Positions 53,987 through 62,571 of a DNA stretch of 64,000 bases are shown here, in pieces; position 1 is the stretch's first letter; each line of letters starts with the position of its first letter. Position numbers and translations under genes: made by a program. This DNA is from Patescibacteria group bacterium. GTDB lineage: Bacteria; Patescibacteriota; Patescibacteriia; JBAZBY01. The notes beneath the pieces are model-generated. The model worked only from the letters and a program-made list of their open reading frames with translations. It did no database searches and had not been told where the DNA came from. The stretch covers positions 961,130-1,025,129 of the forward strand of contig JBAZBY010000001.1 in assembly GCA_041671225.1 (NCBI GenBank), in the 5' to 3' direction.

Positions 53987-54820
53987 ATGTCACGGAATCT
54001 CAACGTCGTCTTCAACTACGGCAACACTGTCACCATCGAGGAGATGGAACCCAACACCATCTACCTCGACGGCGCATGTCGCGGTCCGGCGATCGACGCC
54101 GCCCGCAAGGCCTACTCCTTCGACCACCACGCGGAGTGTCTGCGGTTCGCGACCCTCTCGACGTGCGAGCAGGTCTTGCTCGCTCTCGAACTCGGCCTCA
54201 ACCCCGTGAACTTCCGGGTCGTAATGAACGACCTGGACGCGGACGGGAGCCTCTCACTGTGGATCCTCCGAAACCCCGACAAGGCACAGAACCCGCAAGT
54301 CCGCGCTATGGTCGCGCAGATCGGATTCGTGGATTCCCACGGTCCGGTTCGCGTTCCGGCCAAGCTCCACAAGAGTCTCAGTCGGAACCCCCGCGTCCCG
54401 CAGACGATCGACATGCTCTGGGAGGATCAGGGCAAGATCGATGCGTGGTTCGCGGGAGGTGATGAAGCGCTCCCCGAGCCGTTCAGATTCCCGTGCGCGC
54501 CGGCCTTCGGGCTGACGCAGGACGGTGAGCTCGTCGAATTCGACGCGGCCGCGGACTTCGCCGACATGTATGCCGCCGGCTGCATGGTCGGAGTGATCTG
54601 TGGTGCTGGGCCGGAAAACACCATGGGCTACACCGTGGGCAAGCGCTCCGACTTCGTCGCCTACGACATCCCCGGATTCCTCGCTCGTATGAACGAGCTG
54701 GAAGCCGGCTGGGGCGGCGGCTCCACCATCGGTGGGGCTCCTCGTCTGGAAGGTGGGAAGCGATCCGCGCTTCCTGTCGAAACCGTCAAACGGGAGTTCC
54801 GCTCCATCGCGAGCATGTAG
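53987..54820 (+). CDS. Hypothetical protein (island gene 4). Contains FDHH and DLDADG motifs, but not in canonical DHH-family order
   Basis: 277 aa with GC-rich codons. Followed by the conserved post-stop hairpin CCCCTCCTCGGCAGCCGGAAATACCGGAT. Confidence 0.45.
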   Translation: MSRNLNVVFNYGNTVTIEEMEPNTIYLDGACRGPAIDAARKAYSFDHHAECLRFATLSTCEQVLLALELGLNPVNFRVVMNDLDADGSLSLWILRNPDKAQNPQVRAMVAQIGFVDSHGPVRVPAKLHKSLSRNPRVPQTIDMLWEDQGKIDAWFAGGDEALPEPFRFPCAPAFGLTQDGELVEFDAAADFADMYAAGCMVGVICGAGPENTMGYTVGKRSDFVAYDIPGFLARMNELEAGWGGGSTIGGAPRLEGGKRSALPVETVKREFRSIASM

Positions 54821-54907
54821 CCCCCTCCTCGGCAGCCGGAAATACCGGATCCCGCCTTCGCCTTTCGGGCTACGGCGGATAAAGAAGATTGATCTTTTCT
54901 CCTGTGG

Positions 54908-55047
54908 GGAGCGTGACTGCCAACGCTCCTCCCAACACCCGAGTCCCGGATATACATCCGAGGTTCAGGAAGTTGGAATGATCTTTACAAATACACTTCA
55001 GCGAGGAGATCTGTACAGAATATTTCTGTATGGGTTCTCTCGCTGAA
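54908..55047 (+). repeat. Island leader element copy 5, extended module: GGAGCG-TGACTGCCAA-CGCTCC / TCCCAACACCCGAG / hairpin / TTCAGGAAGTTGGAA / CTTTACAAA / TTCAGCGAGGA-loop-TCTCGCTGAAG
   Basis: Pairs with copy 6 at 56146..56230 through compensatory substitutions (GGAGCG/CGCTCC versus GGAATG/CATTCC; CGGATatacATCCG versus TTGAATCatagATTCAA). Confidence 0.65.
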
Positions 55048-55239
55048 GCCATATCCAAAGGCCAACGCGAGTGCTGCCCCGAGGCGTGGGGATTTCGTCA
55101 GGTTCTTGTTCTTGCCCCGTATGTGGGGATTGCGTAGAAAGCGCTTTCCACGAACGTGGAGGCAAAGCAACCTGTGCGGTAACCCGCACGTCGAGCCCAA
55201 GCCAAACCGAAAGGTACGGGCGAAGGGCAAGGAGTAGCC

Positions 55240-56082
55240 ATGTCAGTATATCGCGTGTTCACGATTTCTTCCGGCGCAGTCAGTGAAGGCGCCAAAATCG
55301 ACATCCTCCCCCTGAAGGGCGCGGGAATTACGATTCCCGCCGTCATCATCGGCGAGGAGGGGCGAGGTCGCGAACGCGGCGTCGTCCCCGTCGGAAACCC
55401 GCCGACCGTCCCCTGCCCGCGACGTGGGCAGGAAATTTCCGGCTCGACTCTTGCCAGATTCAAGGCGCCGGAAAGGCCGGCGACCTGCGAGTGTGGCGTT
55501 GCGCTTCCCCTGTGGGGGAAGCGTCCGGACGATTCCGGGTACTGGTTCGTCCAGCACCCGGATACCGGAAGCGTCCCCAGCCGCCTGATGGCCGCCGAGA
55601 TCGGGGCCACCAAGGCGGGAAAGCCCAAGTTCTGGGCAAAGCCCGCGGCGGACACGACGGAAAAGGTCCTCGTCGTATTCCGAACCCGGATGGGGTACCG
55701 GGGTGGAAACGACCACACCGGCGACCGGAACGGCTTGTTCCGAGTCGGTGACTCCTGGGACCCCTGGGCGGCGTCGGGGTTGACGCTCGAGGAGGCGCAG
55801 GCTCTCTGCGCCGAGCACGAGGTCGACTCGTCGCGTATCCGCCCGGACGGCTTCCTGCCGTTCCCGGGCGAGGTTATCACCCGCGGCTACATCGCCCAAG
55901 GCGGCGCGGGTCGGATGGGCGGCGGCGAACAGCTCGTCGCGCTCGTCCCGAAAGACGTCGTCTTCAGGACGTCCTACTCCGGCCGACTCTACGGCGGCCC
56001 CGGCGCCCACTACTACGTGTGGGACGGCGAGAAGGTTCTCGCCGCCACGTGGGAAGAAAGGTCGGCGGCCGACCTGTTCTAG
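55240..56082 (+). CDS. Hypothetical protein (island gene 5)
   Basis: AAGGAG RBS. 280 aa, Gly/Pro-rich. No family recognised. Confidence 0.45.
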   Translation: MSVYRVFTISSGAVSEGAKIDILPLKGAGITIPAVIIGEEGRGRERGVVPVGNPPTVPCPRRGQEISGSTLARFKAPERPATCECGVALPLWGKRPDDSGYWFVQHPDTGSVPSRLMAAEIGATKAGKPKFWAKPAADTTEKVLVVFRTRMGYRGGNDHTGDRNGLFRVGDSWDPWAASGLTLEEAQALCAEHEVDSSRIRPDGFLPFPGEVITRGYIAQGGAGRMGGGEQLVALVPKDVVFRTSYSGRLYGGPGAHYYVWDGEKVLAATWEERSAADLF

Positions 56083-56145
56083 CCTCCCCTCCTCAGGCAG
56101 ACCGGAAATTCCGGATGAGGAGCAACGCTCTTTTACCCCTGCGGA

Positions 56146-56230
56146 GGAATGTGACTGCCAACATTCCTTCCAACACCCGAGCTTTGAATCATAGATTCAA
56201 GGTTCAGGAAGTTGGAAAGTTCATTACAAA
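56146..56230 (+). repeat. Island leader element copy 6 (extended module, see 54908..55047)
   Basis: GGAATGTGACTGCCAACATTCC-TTCCAACACCCGAG-CTTTGAATCATAGATTCAAGG-TTCAGGAAGTTGGAAAG-TTCATTACAAA. Followed by further hairpins to ~56330, including a 13-bp stem CCCTCCTTTTTAG...TTAAAAAGGAGGG. Confidence 0.65.
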
Positions 56231-56420
56231 TCAATTCTACTTCACCCCCATGAGATATTCTGCAGGGGTTCACTTCCCTCCTTTTTAGCCCTTTCATATG
56301 AGAGTGTTAAAAAGGAGGGAGGTACGGCACCGTGGTGGTGCTGTGGTCCCTTCGGTTCCGAAGGAGTACGTCCTGTGATGGGACACGCTCATTTCGGCCC
56401 CGCTTGGCTCGGGGTAACTC

Positions 56421-56918
56421 ATGAAGGAGGAAGCCATGTTCCAGATTCTCTTGACCCGCTCGCATTTTGAAGCCCTCGTTCTCGCCGCGACGGACATCGC
56501 GGCGAACGGTCGGCCATGGGGGCCAGTCGTAACCGAGACCGGGTGGGCGACCCGGTTCGATGGTGGCGGCAACGTCCGCACCCCCAGCGACTTCGTCTCG
56601 CTATACGGCGAGGCAAGTAGGTGGGGGAAAAAGGAAGGGCACGAGCCCTGCTTGTACGCACTCGTGGAGTGCGATGCCTGGTCGCACGACCGCGACCGGG
56701 CGTGCCGCTACTTCCTGCGGCACAAAACGTTTGCCCAGAGCGACCTCGTCCTGGACAACGACGGACTCGACCATGTCGAATCCGCGGCGACTCGCGGTGG
56801 CGAATGGGAGGTCGTCGCCGAGACGGACGTGCCTGAGCACGCCCGAAAGGTGATGGAGAAATCCATCGCCACCGTTCGCGAGCTCTTCGGGCAGGGAGGA
56901 GACTTCTTCGAGGTCTAG
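56421..56918 (+). CDS. Hypothetical protein (island gene 6)
   Basis: GAAGGAGG RBS. 165 aa. Followed by post-stop hairpin CCTCCTCGGCAGTGAGGAGG and a TGACTGTCCA-loop hairpin (GGACG-TGACTGTCCA-CGTCC). Confidence 0.45.
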   Translation: MKEEAMFQILLTRSHFEALVLAATDIAANGRPWGPVVTETGWATRFDGGGNVRTPSDFVSLYGEASRWGKKEGHEPCLYALVECDAWSHDRDRACRYFLRHKTFAQSDLVLDNDGLDHVESAATRGGEWEVVAETDVPEHARKVMEKSIATVRELFGQGGDFFEV

Positions 56919-57593
56919 CTACCCTGCCCCTCCTCGGCAGTGAGGAGGCACAGTACACCCGAGGACGTGACTGTCCACGTCCTCACAACTACAGCACCGG
57001 AGGTGCTTGATGAGACCGCTGCAGTTGTAGCGGGCCAAGGGGAGTGATTCTCTCCAGATGGGGCCCTCAAAATACCGCCAAACATAAACATCCCCGCTGC
57101 AGGGCACGCAGCACGCGGGAGGGGCAGCAACGAACAACCGCTGCCTCTCCCCACCCTTCCGAACGTTGAACACTTGTTCAGCCTTCAGACAGGTGATCGC
57201 TCATTCTCAACACTTCAGCAAGGAACTTTGAACCAACGTGTTTGGCGCAAAGTCCTTTGCTGAAACGGATACGCAAGGGTACGTATTCCATGTTCGGGAG
57301 AAACGAAACGACCCATGGCGCTTACACGCACGCCGACGGGCACACGCCTCTCAGGTGGAATACCGATGTATGGAGAGGACTAGTCCGAACAAAATCTAGT
57401 CCTCTCCGCCTTTCCCTCAATATGGTCATTTACAAATCATTGACAAATCGTGCAAATATGCTAGGGTAAGCTGTTCATTTTTGTGCAGCGTGCACGTCTG
57501 ATGGCAACAAAAAAGCCGCAAGACGTGTCTGCTGCACCGCTCTCACAGCAGATGGCATCATGCCCTTTTCACATGAGAGCAAAGGAGGAGCAC

Positions 57594-58088
57594 GTGAAGA
57601 GCTCCAAGGGTTTCACCCTCATCGAGCTGATGATCATCGTGGTCATCATCGGCATCTTGGCGGCCATCGCCATCCCGAACTTCCTCTCCATGCAGGACCG
57701 TGAGCGTGAGGGCAGCGTGAAGGCCAACATGCACACCGTCCAGCTGGCGGTGGAGGACTTCTCGACCGAGAACAACGGCTTGTACGCCACGTCGGCCACG
57801 GACGCGCTCCCGAGCGGCGAGATCGTCCAGGACATGTGCCCGGGAAACGTGTGGCCGGAAAACCCGTTCGGAGGAGACGTGACGGAGGTCTACTGGACCA
57901 ACAACTTCTCCGACATCGTCCCGTACGTCCCTGCGAGGGACGACACGACGACGTGCCGATGGGGCGGCTTGGAGGTGGAGCCGCAGCGCGGCGATATCTA
58001 CATCATGAGCGACAGCGCTGGGTACGCCATCTACGGTCTCGGCGCCAGCGGGCAGCCGCTGAGCCTGATGCTCCGCAACGGCTACTGA
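57594..58088 (+). CDS. Type IV pilin-like protein (island gene 7), GTG start
   Basis: AAAGGAGGA RBS 5 nt upstream of GTG 57594. Leader VKSSKG|FTLIELMIIVVIIGILAAIAIPNF is a class III prepilin signal. Confidence 0.65.
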   Translation: MKSSKGFTLIELMIIVVIIGILAAIAIPNFLSMQDREREGSVKANMHTVQLAVEDFSTENNGLYATSATDALPSGEIVQDMCPGNVWPENPFGGDVTEVYWTNNFSDIVPYVPARDDTTTCRWGGLEVEPQRGDIYIMSDSAGYAIYGLGASGQPLSLMLRNGY

Positions 58089-58204
58089 CGTCCGCTCCTT
58101 TGCAGGATAACTACCTGCCGTACAGCAAGATTGGGAGACGCTTGTGGTCTCCCCTTTTCCGAGCCACAGAACCACTCATCCGGCTATGCCGGATTCGGGT
58201 TCTG

Positions 58205-58290
58205 GGTTCAGAAGAGGTTGCCCTTTACAAATATTTCAGCGGGGGAATTCTGTACCTCATGTTTTGCGGTGCAGTATTCCCTCGCCGAAG
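58205..58290 (+). repeat. Island leader element copy 8 (GGTTCAGAAGAGGTTGCCCTTTACAAATATTTCAGCGGGGGA-loop-TCCCTCGCCGAAG)
   Basis: Same architecture as the other copies, with a variant stem. Confidence 0.55.
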
Positions 58291-58347
58291 TAGTAGTACG
58301 CGAGGCATCATCCGCGGCAACGGCTGCGGACAAGGAGGGTCTCACCT

Positions 58348-58914
58348 ATGAGACTTGTTGGACGGGTTCCTGGAGAGAACGAACGGTTGGTGGCAGCCAT
58401 GGCCCGGCGTGGAATTCCCGCCAAGGTCGTGACCAACGCGACCGTCGTGAACCTGCTTATGGTGGACGGGCTGGGCGTGTACCAGCTTCCCCCGCGTATC
58501 AAGCGCGCTCATCTCCGCATCCAGGTTGCAGAGTACGGCGGGTGGAAGCAGGAAACCCAAGTCATCTGCAGCCCAGGCGGGCACCCCATGCGGCCGTTCT
58601 ACATTCCGCGCCGGGGAAACCTGGCTGGTGGCAAGTTCCACGCGCTGTTTTCTTGCGTGGAGTTCGTAGGCCTGGAGCTCAAGGGCAGCAACGTTCTGAA
58701 GCTCACCAGCGTTGCCATCGAGGTGGATGGCAAGACCGCCCGGATCGTGCCCAGCACACTCTGGGAGGGCAATGTCGACGCCTTCCCCGACGAACTGTGG
58801 AAGTTCCGCGACGCGGCAGATGCCGCGCTCACCAAGGCTGCCTGCCGCGATTGCACACACGTGCACTATGCGGCCATGCCCCCAACCGAACCCCAACCCC
58901 AGAGGAAGAAATGA
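58348..58914 (+). CDS. Hypothetical protein (island gene 8)
   Basis: AAGGAGGG RBS. 188 aa. Stop overlaps the next start (ATGA). Confidence 0.45.
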   Translation: MRLVGRVPGENERLVAAMARRGIPAKVVTNATVVNLLMVDGLGVYQLPPRIKRAHLRIQVAEYGGWKQETQVICSPGGHPMRPFYIPRRGNLAGGKFHALFSCVEFVGLELKGSNVLKLTSVAIEVDGKTARIVPSTLWEGNVDAFPDELWKFRDAADAALTKAACRDCTHVHYAAMPPTEPQPQRKK

Positions 58915-59321
58915 ACATCACGATCCCGAATCTCGCAATCGAAGCCGCGCGCGGCTTCAAGGCAGTCATCGTACACCAGGACAACAACTGGGAGCCGGAC
59001 AGGGCTCCGCAGATGACCGAAGTGAACGGTGAATGGCTGCTTGCCGACGCCGAACAGTTCGTCGGCCCAGACAAGCAGTTCAAGGTCGCGGTGATTGGCT
59101 TCGCAACACAGTCCGAGGCGTTCACCTCGTACTGCAACCGCAACGACGCCGGGCTGGTCATCGGCGGGCCGCCGATGAACCACCCGGATAATCCGGATCT
59201 AGCGATCAAGAAGTTCTTCTGGGACGATGCCAGGAAGATCATGTTCCTGCTCGTCCCGGGCTACTGGGTCTACATGACACCGGGTGGTAACTGGAACAAC
59301 CAGTTCACCGCACTCCCGTAA
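58911..59321 (+). CDS. Hypothetical protein (island gene 9), translationally coupled to gene 8
   Basis: MNITIPNLAIEAARGF... 136 aa. The track ORF 58131..59321 is a 5' over-extension. Confidence 0.45.
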   Translation: MNITIPNLAIEAARGFKAVIVHQDNNWEPDRAPQMTEVNGEWLLADAEQFVGPDKQFKVAVIGFATQSEAFTSYCNRNDAGLVIGGPPMNHPDNPDLAIKKFFWDDARKIMFLLVPGYWVYMTPGGNWNNQFTALP

Positions 59322-59406
59322 CTTCAACGGCTGACACCTCAGCTACGCCCACTGCTCCTTCATCCCTCAACCGTGTTTGGGACGGTACCGCATAAAAAAC
59401 CGTCCA

Positions 59407-59437
59407 CCCGAAGCGCATGCGCTCCGGGTTTTTTCTT
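59407..59437 (+). terminator. Intrinsic terminator closing the island
   Basis: CCGAAGCGCATGCGCTCCGG followed by GTTTTTTCTTT. Confidence 0.55.
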
Positions 59438-59513
59438 TACAAAACCTTCACGCTCACATATACTCATTGCAATTTTCCCATGCCACCCCCTGCCTGATTG
59501 GAGGTATGCTCCT

Positions 59514-59633
59514 ATGTCGCTCATTCTCCGCACGTTCGCCCGGATGTCCATGCCATGGCGCTGCAAGCATTGCGGCAGCCTGAATGGCTCCGCCACGGTC
59601 CAGTGCTGGAACTGCAGCCGGATCCAGTTCTGA
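59514..59633 (+). CDS. Small zinc-ribbon protein (39 aa, CxxC...CxxC)
   Basis: GGAGG 9 nt upstream of ATG 59514. MSLILRTFARMSMPWRCKHCGSLNGSATVQCWNCSRIQF. In frame with track ORF 59373..59633, whose 5' part overlaps the terminator. Confidence 0.4.
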   Translation: MSLILRTFARMSMPWRCKHCGSLNGSATVQCWNCSRIQF

Positions 59634-59715
59634 CCACATGCGCGGTCCATTCCCTTGACGAGGCGCCCTTCTCCGGAAGACGGCGCCTCCTTCCCTTTTG
59701 CACCATTGAAAAATC

Positions 59716-60126
59716 GTGTACTATACAGCCATGGCAATCGAACAAAAAAATACGCACACTGATCTCTCGCCTCATATCTACGGTAAGCGCACGCTGGGTC
59801 AGCGTATGGCAGATAACCTCGCTTCATACGCAGGCAGCTGGGGATTCATCATCCTCTTCTTTGTCGTCATTTTGCTTTGGATCATTTTGAACGCCGTTCT
59901 TCTCGCAACCAAACCATGGGATCCGTATCCCTTCATCCTACTCAACCTCGCGCTCTCACTGCTCGCTGCTATACAAGCACCGGTCATTCTCATGAGCCAG
60001 AACAGGGCAGCGCAACGGGATCGAAAAAAAGCGGAACTTGACCTTGCTGTTGATCGTAAAGCTGAAAAAAAAATTGAAGAAATTCAGTCTGAACTTCAGG
60101 AAATAAAAAAACTCCTTCAAAAGTAA
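59716..60126 (+). CDS. DUF1003-family membrane protein
   Basis: Two TM helices (SWGFIILFFVVILLWIILNAVLL...) and a C-terminal coiled coil. Typical DUF1003 architecture. Confidence 0.6.
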   Translation: MYYTAMAIEQKNTHTDLSPHIYGKRTLGQRMADNLASYAGSWGFIILFFVVILLWIILNAVLLATKPWDPYPFILLNLALSLLAAIQAPVILMSQNRAAQRDRKKAELDLAVDRKAEKKIEEIQSELQEIKKLLQK

Positions 60127-60179
60127 CAGGCAAAAAATCGAACATGCCGGCTCATCGCGCACCTGCATGTCTTTTTTTA

Positions 60180-60974
60180 TTAGGGCCACGCGACAATAAC
60201 CCGCTTAGCGCCATTCTCGACATCACCATTATTCCAATCATGCATGGCATCCATGATGGTATCTATTTGGTAAACGTAATCCTCGCCTAACCTCGTGCCA
60301 ACGTCATTCGTAATGAAGGCATCTTCGGTGTAGCCAGTGAGTACCAACATATGATACAGTGGTCCGTCATTACTAAAATTCGGATTCCCGAGTTGCTTGC
60401 CCGCTGCCGGAACGATCACGGGCCGGCCTGCGGCAATATGCCCTTTGAGCTCGAGCACGGTTGGATCCTCAAGGACATCCACATGCGTATACCCCCAGTA
60501 TGCCTGCATCAGCTCCGCAGTCTCCGCCGCAGTGGTGTCTTTATAATAACCAAAATATTCATTCTCAAAATCAACAACTCCAAGAAGTGCTTCATCTGCA
60601 CTGTCAAGCGTAAAGGTTTTTCCGCTATAAAAATAATGCACCGTAAGGGCTGACGCTTCCTCGCATGCTTCTTGATATGGCAGTTCCCAATTTGCATGCG
60701 GCGCCTGCGATGTAAACGGAACATTCAAGGCAAAGCGTGCTGGAATCACAACGGGTACCGTTTCATCGGGCAGCGCGTCCTCCTCTGCAATTTCCTGCTC
60801 TGCAATAATCGGCCTGCGCACAAAGAACTGCTGTGCCTGGGGCGCATCACCAAGCGCTTCATACACAAATAAAAACTCCCCCACGCACGCGGCTATGGTC
60901 AAAAGAATCAAGAACGGCCAAGAAGTTTTGTGTTGATTATTCATACAATAAGTATACCAAAAATACCCCTTCAT
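60180..60974 (-). CDS. Secreted papain-like (peptidase C39-like) domain protein
   Basis: Signal anchor. Candidate Cys nucleophile in YQEACEEAS, His in YHMLVLTGY, Asp/Asn in ITNDVG. Confidence 0.45.
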   Translation of the reverse strand: MKGYFWYTYCMNNQHKTSWPFLILLTIAACVGEFLFVYEALGDAPQAQQFFVRRPIIAEQEIAEEDALPDETVPVVIPARFALNVPFTSQAPHANWELPYQEACEEASALTVHYFYSGKTFTLDSADEALLGVVDFENEYFGYYKDTTAAETAELMQAYWGYTHVDVLEDPTVLELKGHIAAGRPVIVPAAGKQLGNPNFSNDGPLYHMLVLTGYTEDAFITNDVGTRLGEDYVYQIDTIMDAMHDWNNGDVENGAKRVIVAWP

Positions 60975-61017
60975 GTATTTTTTGAGTAGGAAAAAGACTT
61001 AGTGCTTTTTCGTAGCC

Positions 61018-62571
61018 TTATTCGCCGTTCTGCACGATCGCTGAAATATCATCAAGGTCGTACGGATAACGTAATTTTTTATGGCGGTATGAATGGTTCG
61101 GAAGTATTTCAAATGCTGTTCCAAAATATGCATTCAAAAGCAAACGAAAATCATTTACTGGACTCAAATCTTGAGGAATGACCGCCGGGTCAATGCCTGG
61201 AAAATATACCGCGCTCAAAATGCCCACCTTGGAGCGAAGTTCCTCATCGGTAGCCTGATCCCAATCCGTAATGCCACCAATATCCTGCGTCTTAAATCGG
61301 AAAGGATATGGTCCCTCGTCAGCCTGAAGAATAATAATCGGCGGCTCTTCAGAATGTGTGAGGATAGTATCCATCAGCGCATCCATCTGCGTATTTGCGT
61401 ACTGTAACTGATCTACGTATGACTGTTGCTGCCCTTTGTTCAGAAAATCCTGCACTGTTTGATATACACCATTACGATCATACACATACGGAGAATGTGG
61501 CATGAGAATGTGTGCAAACGTGAAGGTTGGTTCATCAATATCCGGAATGCGTCTAAGGCTTTCGAGCTGCACGCCAAAGCGATTGTAATGCTCCTTCCGC
61601 AGATCAAGACTACGAAGAAAATCGATGTCAGCGTGGAAGTACTCCGTAAACGGATGAATGAGCGTTGTGGAATACAATAAAATCGAAAAATCAGATGCAT
61701 ACGAATTATCAACGGAAAAATCCGCATTTTCATTTGTACGCGTTGGTCCCCACCATGAACCAACATGTATAGTTGTATATCCCTGCGCATTGAAAAAATC
61801 CACCACGCTGTTGTTTTCCATATTCTTATACAACCAACTCCATATTCCCGATGTCGTAGGCGGCACTCCAGGAATATCCTGAACGTAGTTCATATTCAAG
61901 GTTGCAGTGAGAGAGTGCGAAGTATCCAGGTAATTCGCAAGGCTCTGCTCAGTCACCACAAAACCCCGCTGCGTCAGTGAATCAAGAAATTCCTTGTTAT
62001 CATACGAGAACATGTCCTGTAAAACTGAGTTACTCGCGTAACGATCCATGATGATAAAATAGACATCGGGGAGTATCTCAGGCGCGCTCCCCTGCACCTG
62101 TGCCTTGGCGACGCGTGTATCAATCTGATGTTCATCGGGCGTTGTCTGCAGCTGAAAAAGGACAATCTGGATAACGGTTATGCCGACGAGAAAAAATCCT
62201 GCCGCATTGAAGCCCTTGGTTATGTGTTGAAGGCTGCCACGACTCTTCATGAGAAAGAATACCGCCGTAAAAAAACCACCTATCCACAGCACCTCCAACA
62301 CAACGGTCATGAAGGGTAAATCTAAAGGAAAAATGCCACGCACATGGCCAAACGAAAAAAGAACCACATACAAAAGGCTCACAGTGATTGCAGCGCGCTC
62401 CCACTCTCCATACACCAACCGATGGAGTCCAAGAAGAAAAACAGCAAAAAGAATGAGTGCGGCTGCCGGCGCAAGAACAACCAAAAAAGGAGCCTCAGTG
62501 ATGTTCTCCACATAGAGAAAAAGCACGGGGTACAACGCAAAAAGAAAAACATGGATCGGTGAACGTATCAT
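61018..62571 (-). CDS. LTA-synthase / sulfatase-like membrane protein (alkaline-phosphatase superfamily)
   Basis: 5 N-terminal TM helices plus extracytoplasmic domain. FIIMDRYASNSVL, HILMPHSPYVYD and ILQADEGPYP are sulfatase/LtaS-type motifs. Confidence 0.6.
   Translation of the reverse strand: MIRSPIHVFLFALYPVLFLYVENITEAPFLVVLAPAAALILFAVFLLGLHRLVYGEWERAAITVSLLYVVLFSFGHVRGIFPLDLPFMTVVLEVLWIGGFFTAVFFLMKSRGSLQHITKGFNAAGFFLVGITVIQIVLFQLQTTPDEHQIDTRVAKAQVQGSAPEILPDVYFIIMDRYASNSVLQDMFSYDNKEFLDSLTQRGFVVTEQSLANYLDTSHSLTATLNMNYVQDIPGVPPTTSGIWSWLYKNMENNSVVDFFNAQGYTTIHVGSWWGPTRTNENADFSVDNSYASDFSILLYSTTLIHPFTEYFHADIDFLRSLDLRKEHYNRFGVQLESLRRIPDIDEPTFTFAHILMPHSPYVYDRNGVYQTVQDFLNKGQQQSYVDQLQYANTQMDALMDTILTHSEEPPIIILQADEGPYPFRFKTQDIGGITDWDQATDEELRSKVGILSAVYFPGIDPAVIPQDLSPVNDFRLLLNAYFGTAFEILPNHSYRHKKLRYPYDLDDISAIVQNGE

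Noticed and set aside
50653-59440. Integron cassette array / attC interpretation of the island repeats
   Set aside because: Orientation uniformity and structure-conserved repeats resemble attC sites. However the inter-gene spacers are 260-680 nt with several hairpins, not a single 57-141-nt attC. The putative cores (TTCCAAC ... GTTGGAA) fit RYYYAAC / GTTRRRY poorly. No intI or attI is in the window. Kept only as a hypothesis to test.
50653-59440. CRISPR array
   Set aside because: The repeats are long, differ in sequence and have irregular spacing, with protein-coding genes between them. No cas genes are present.
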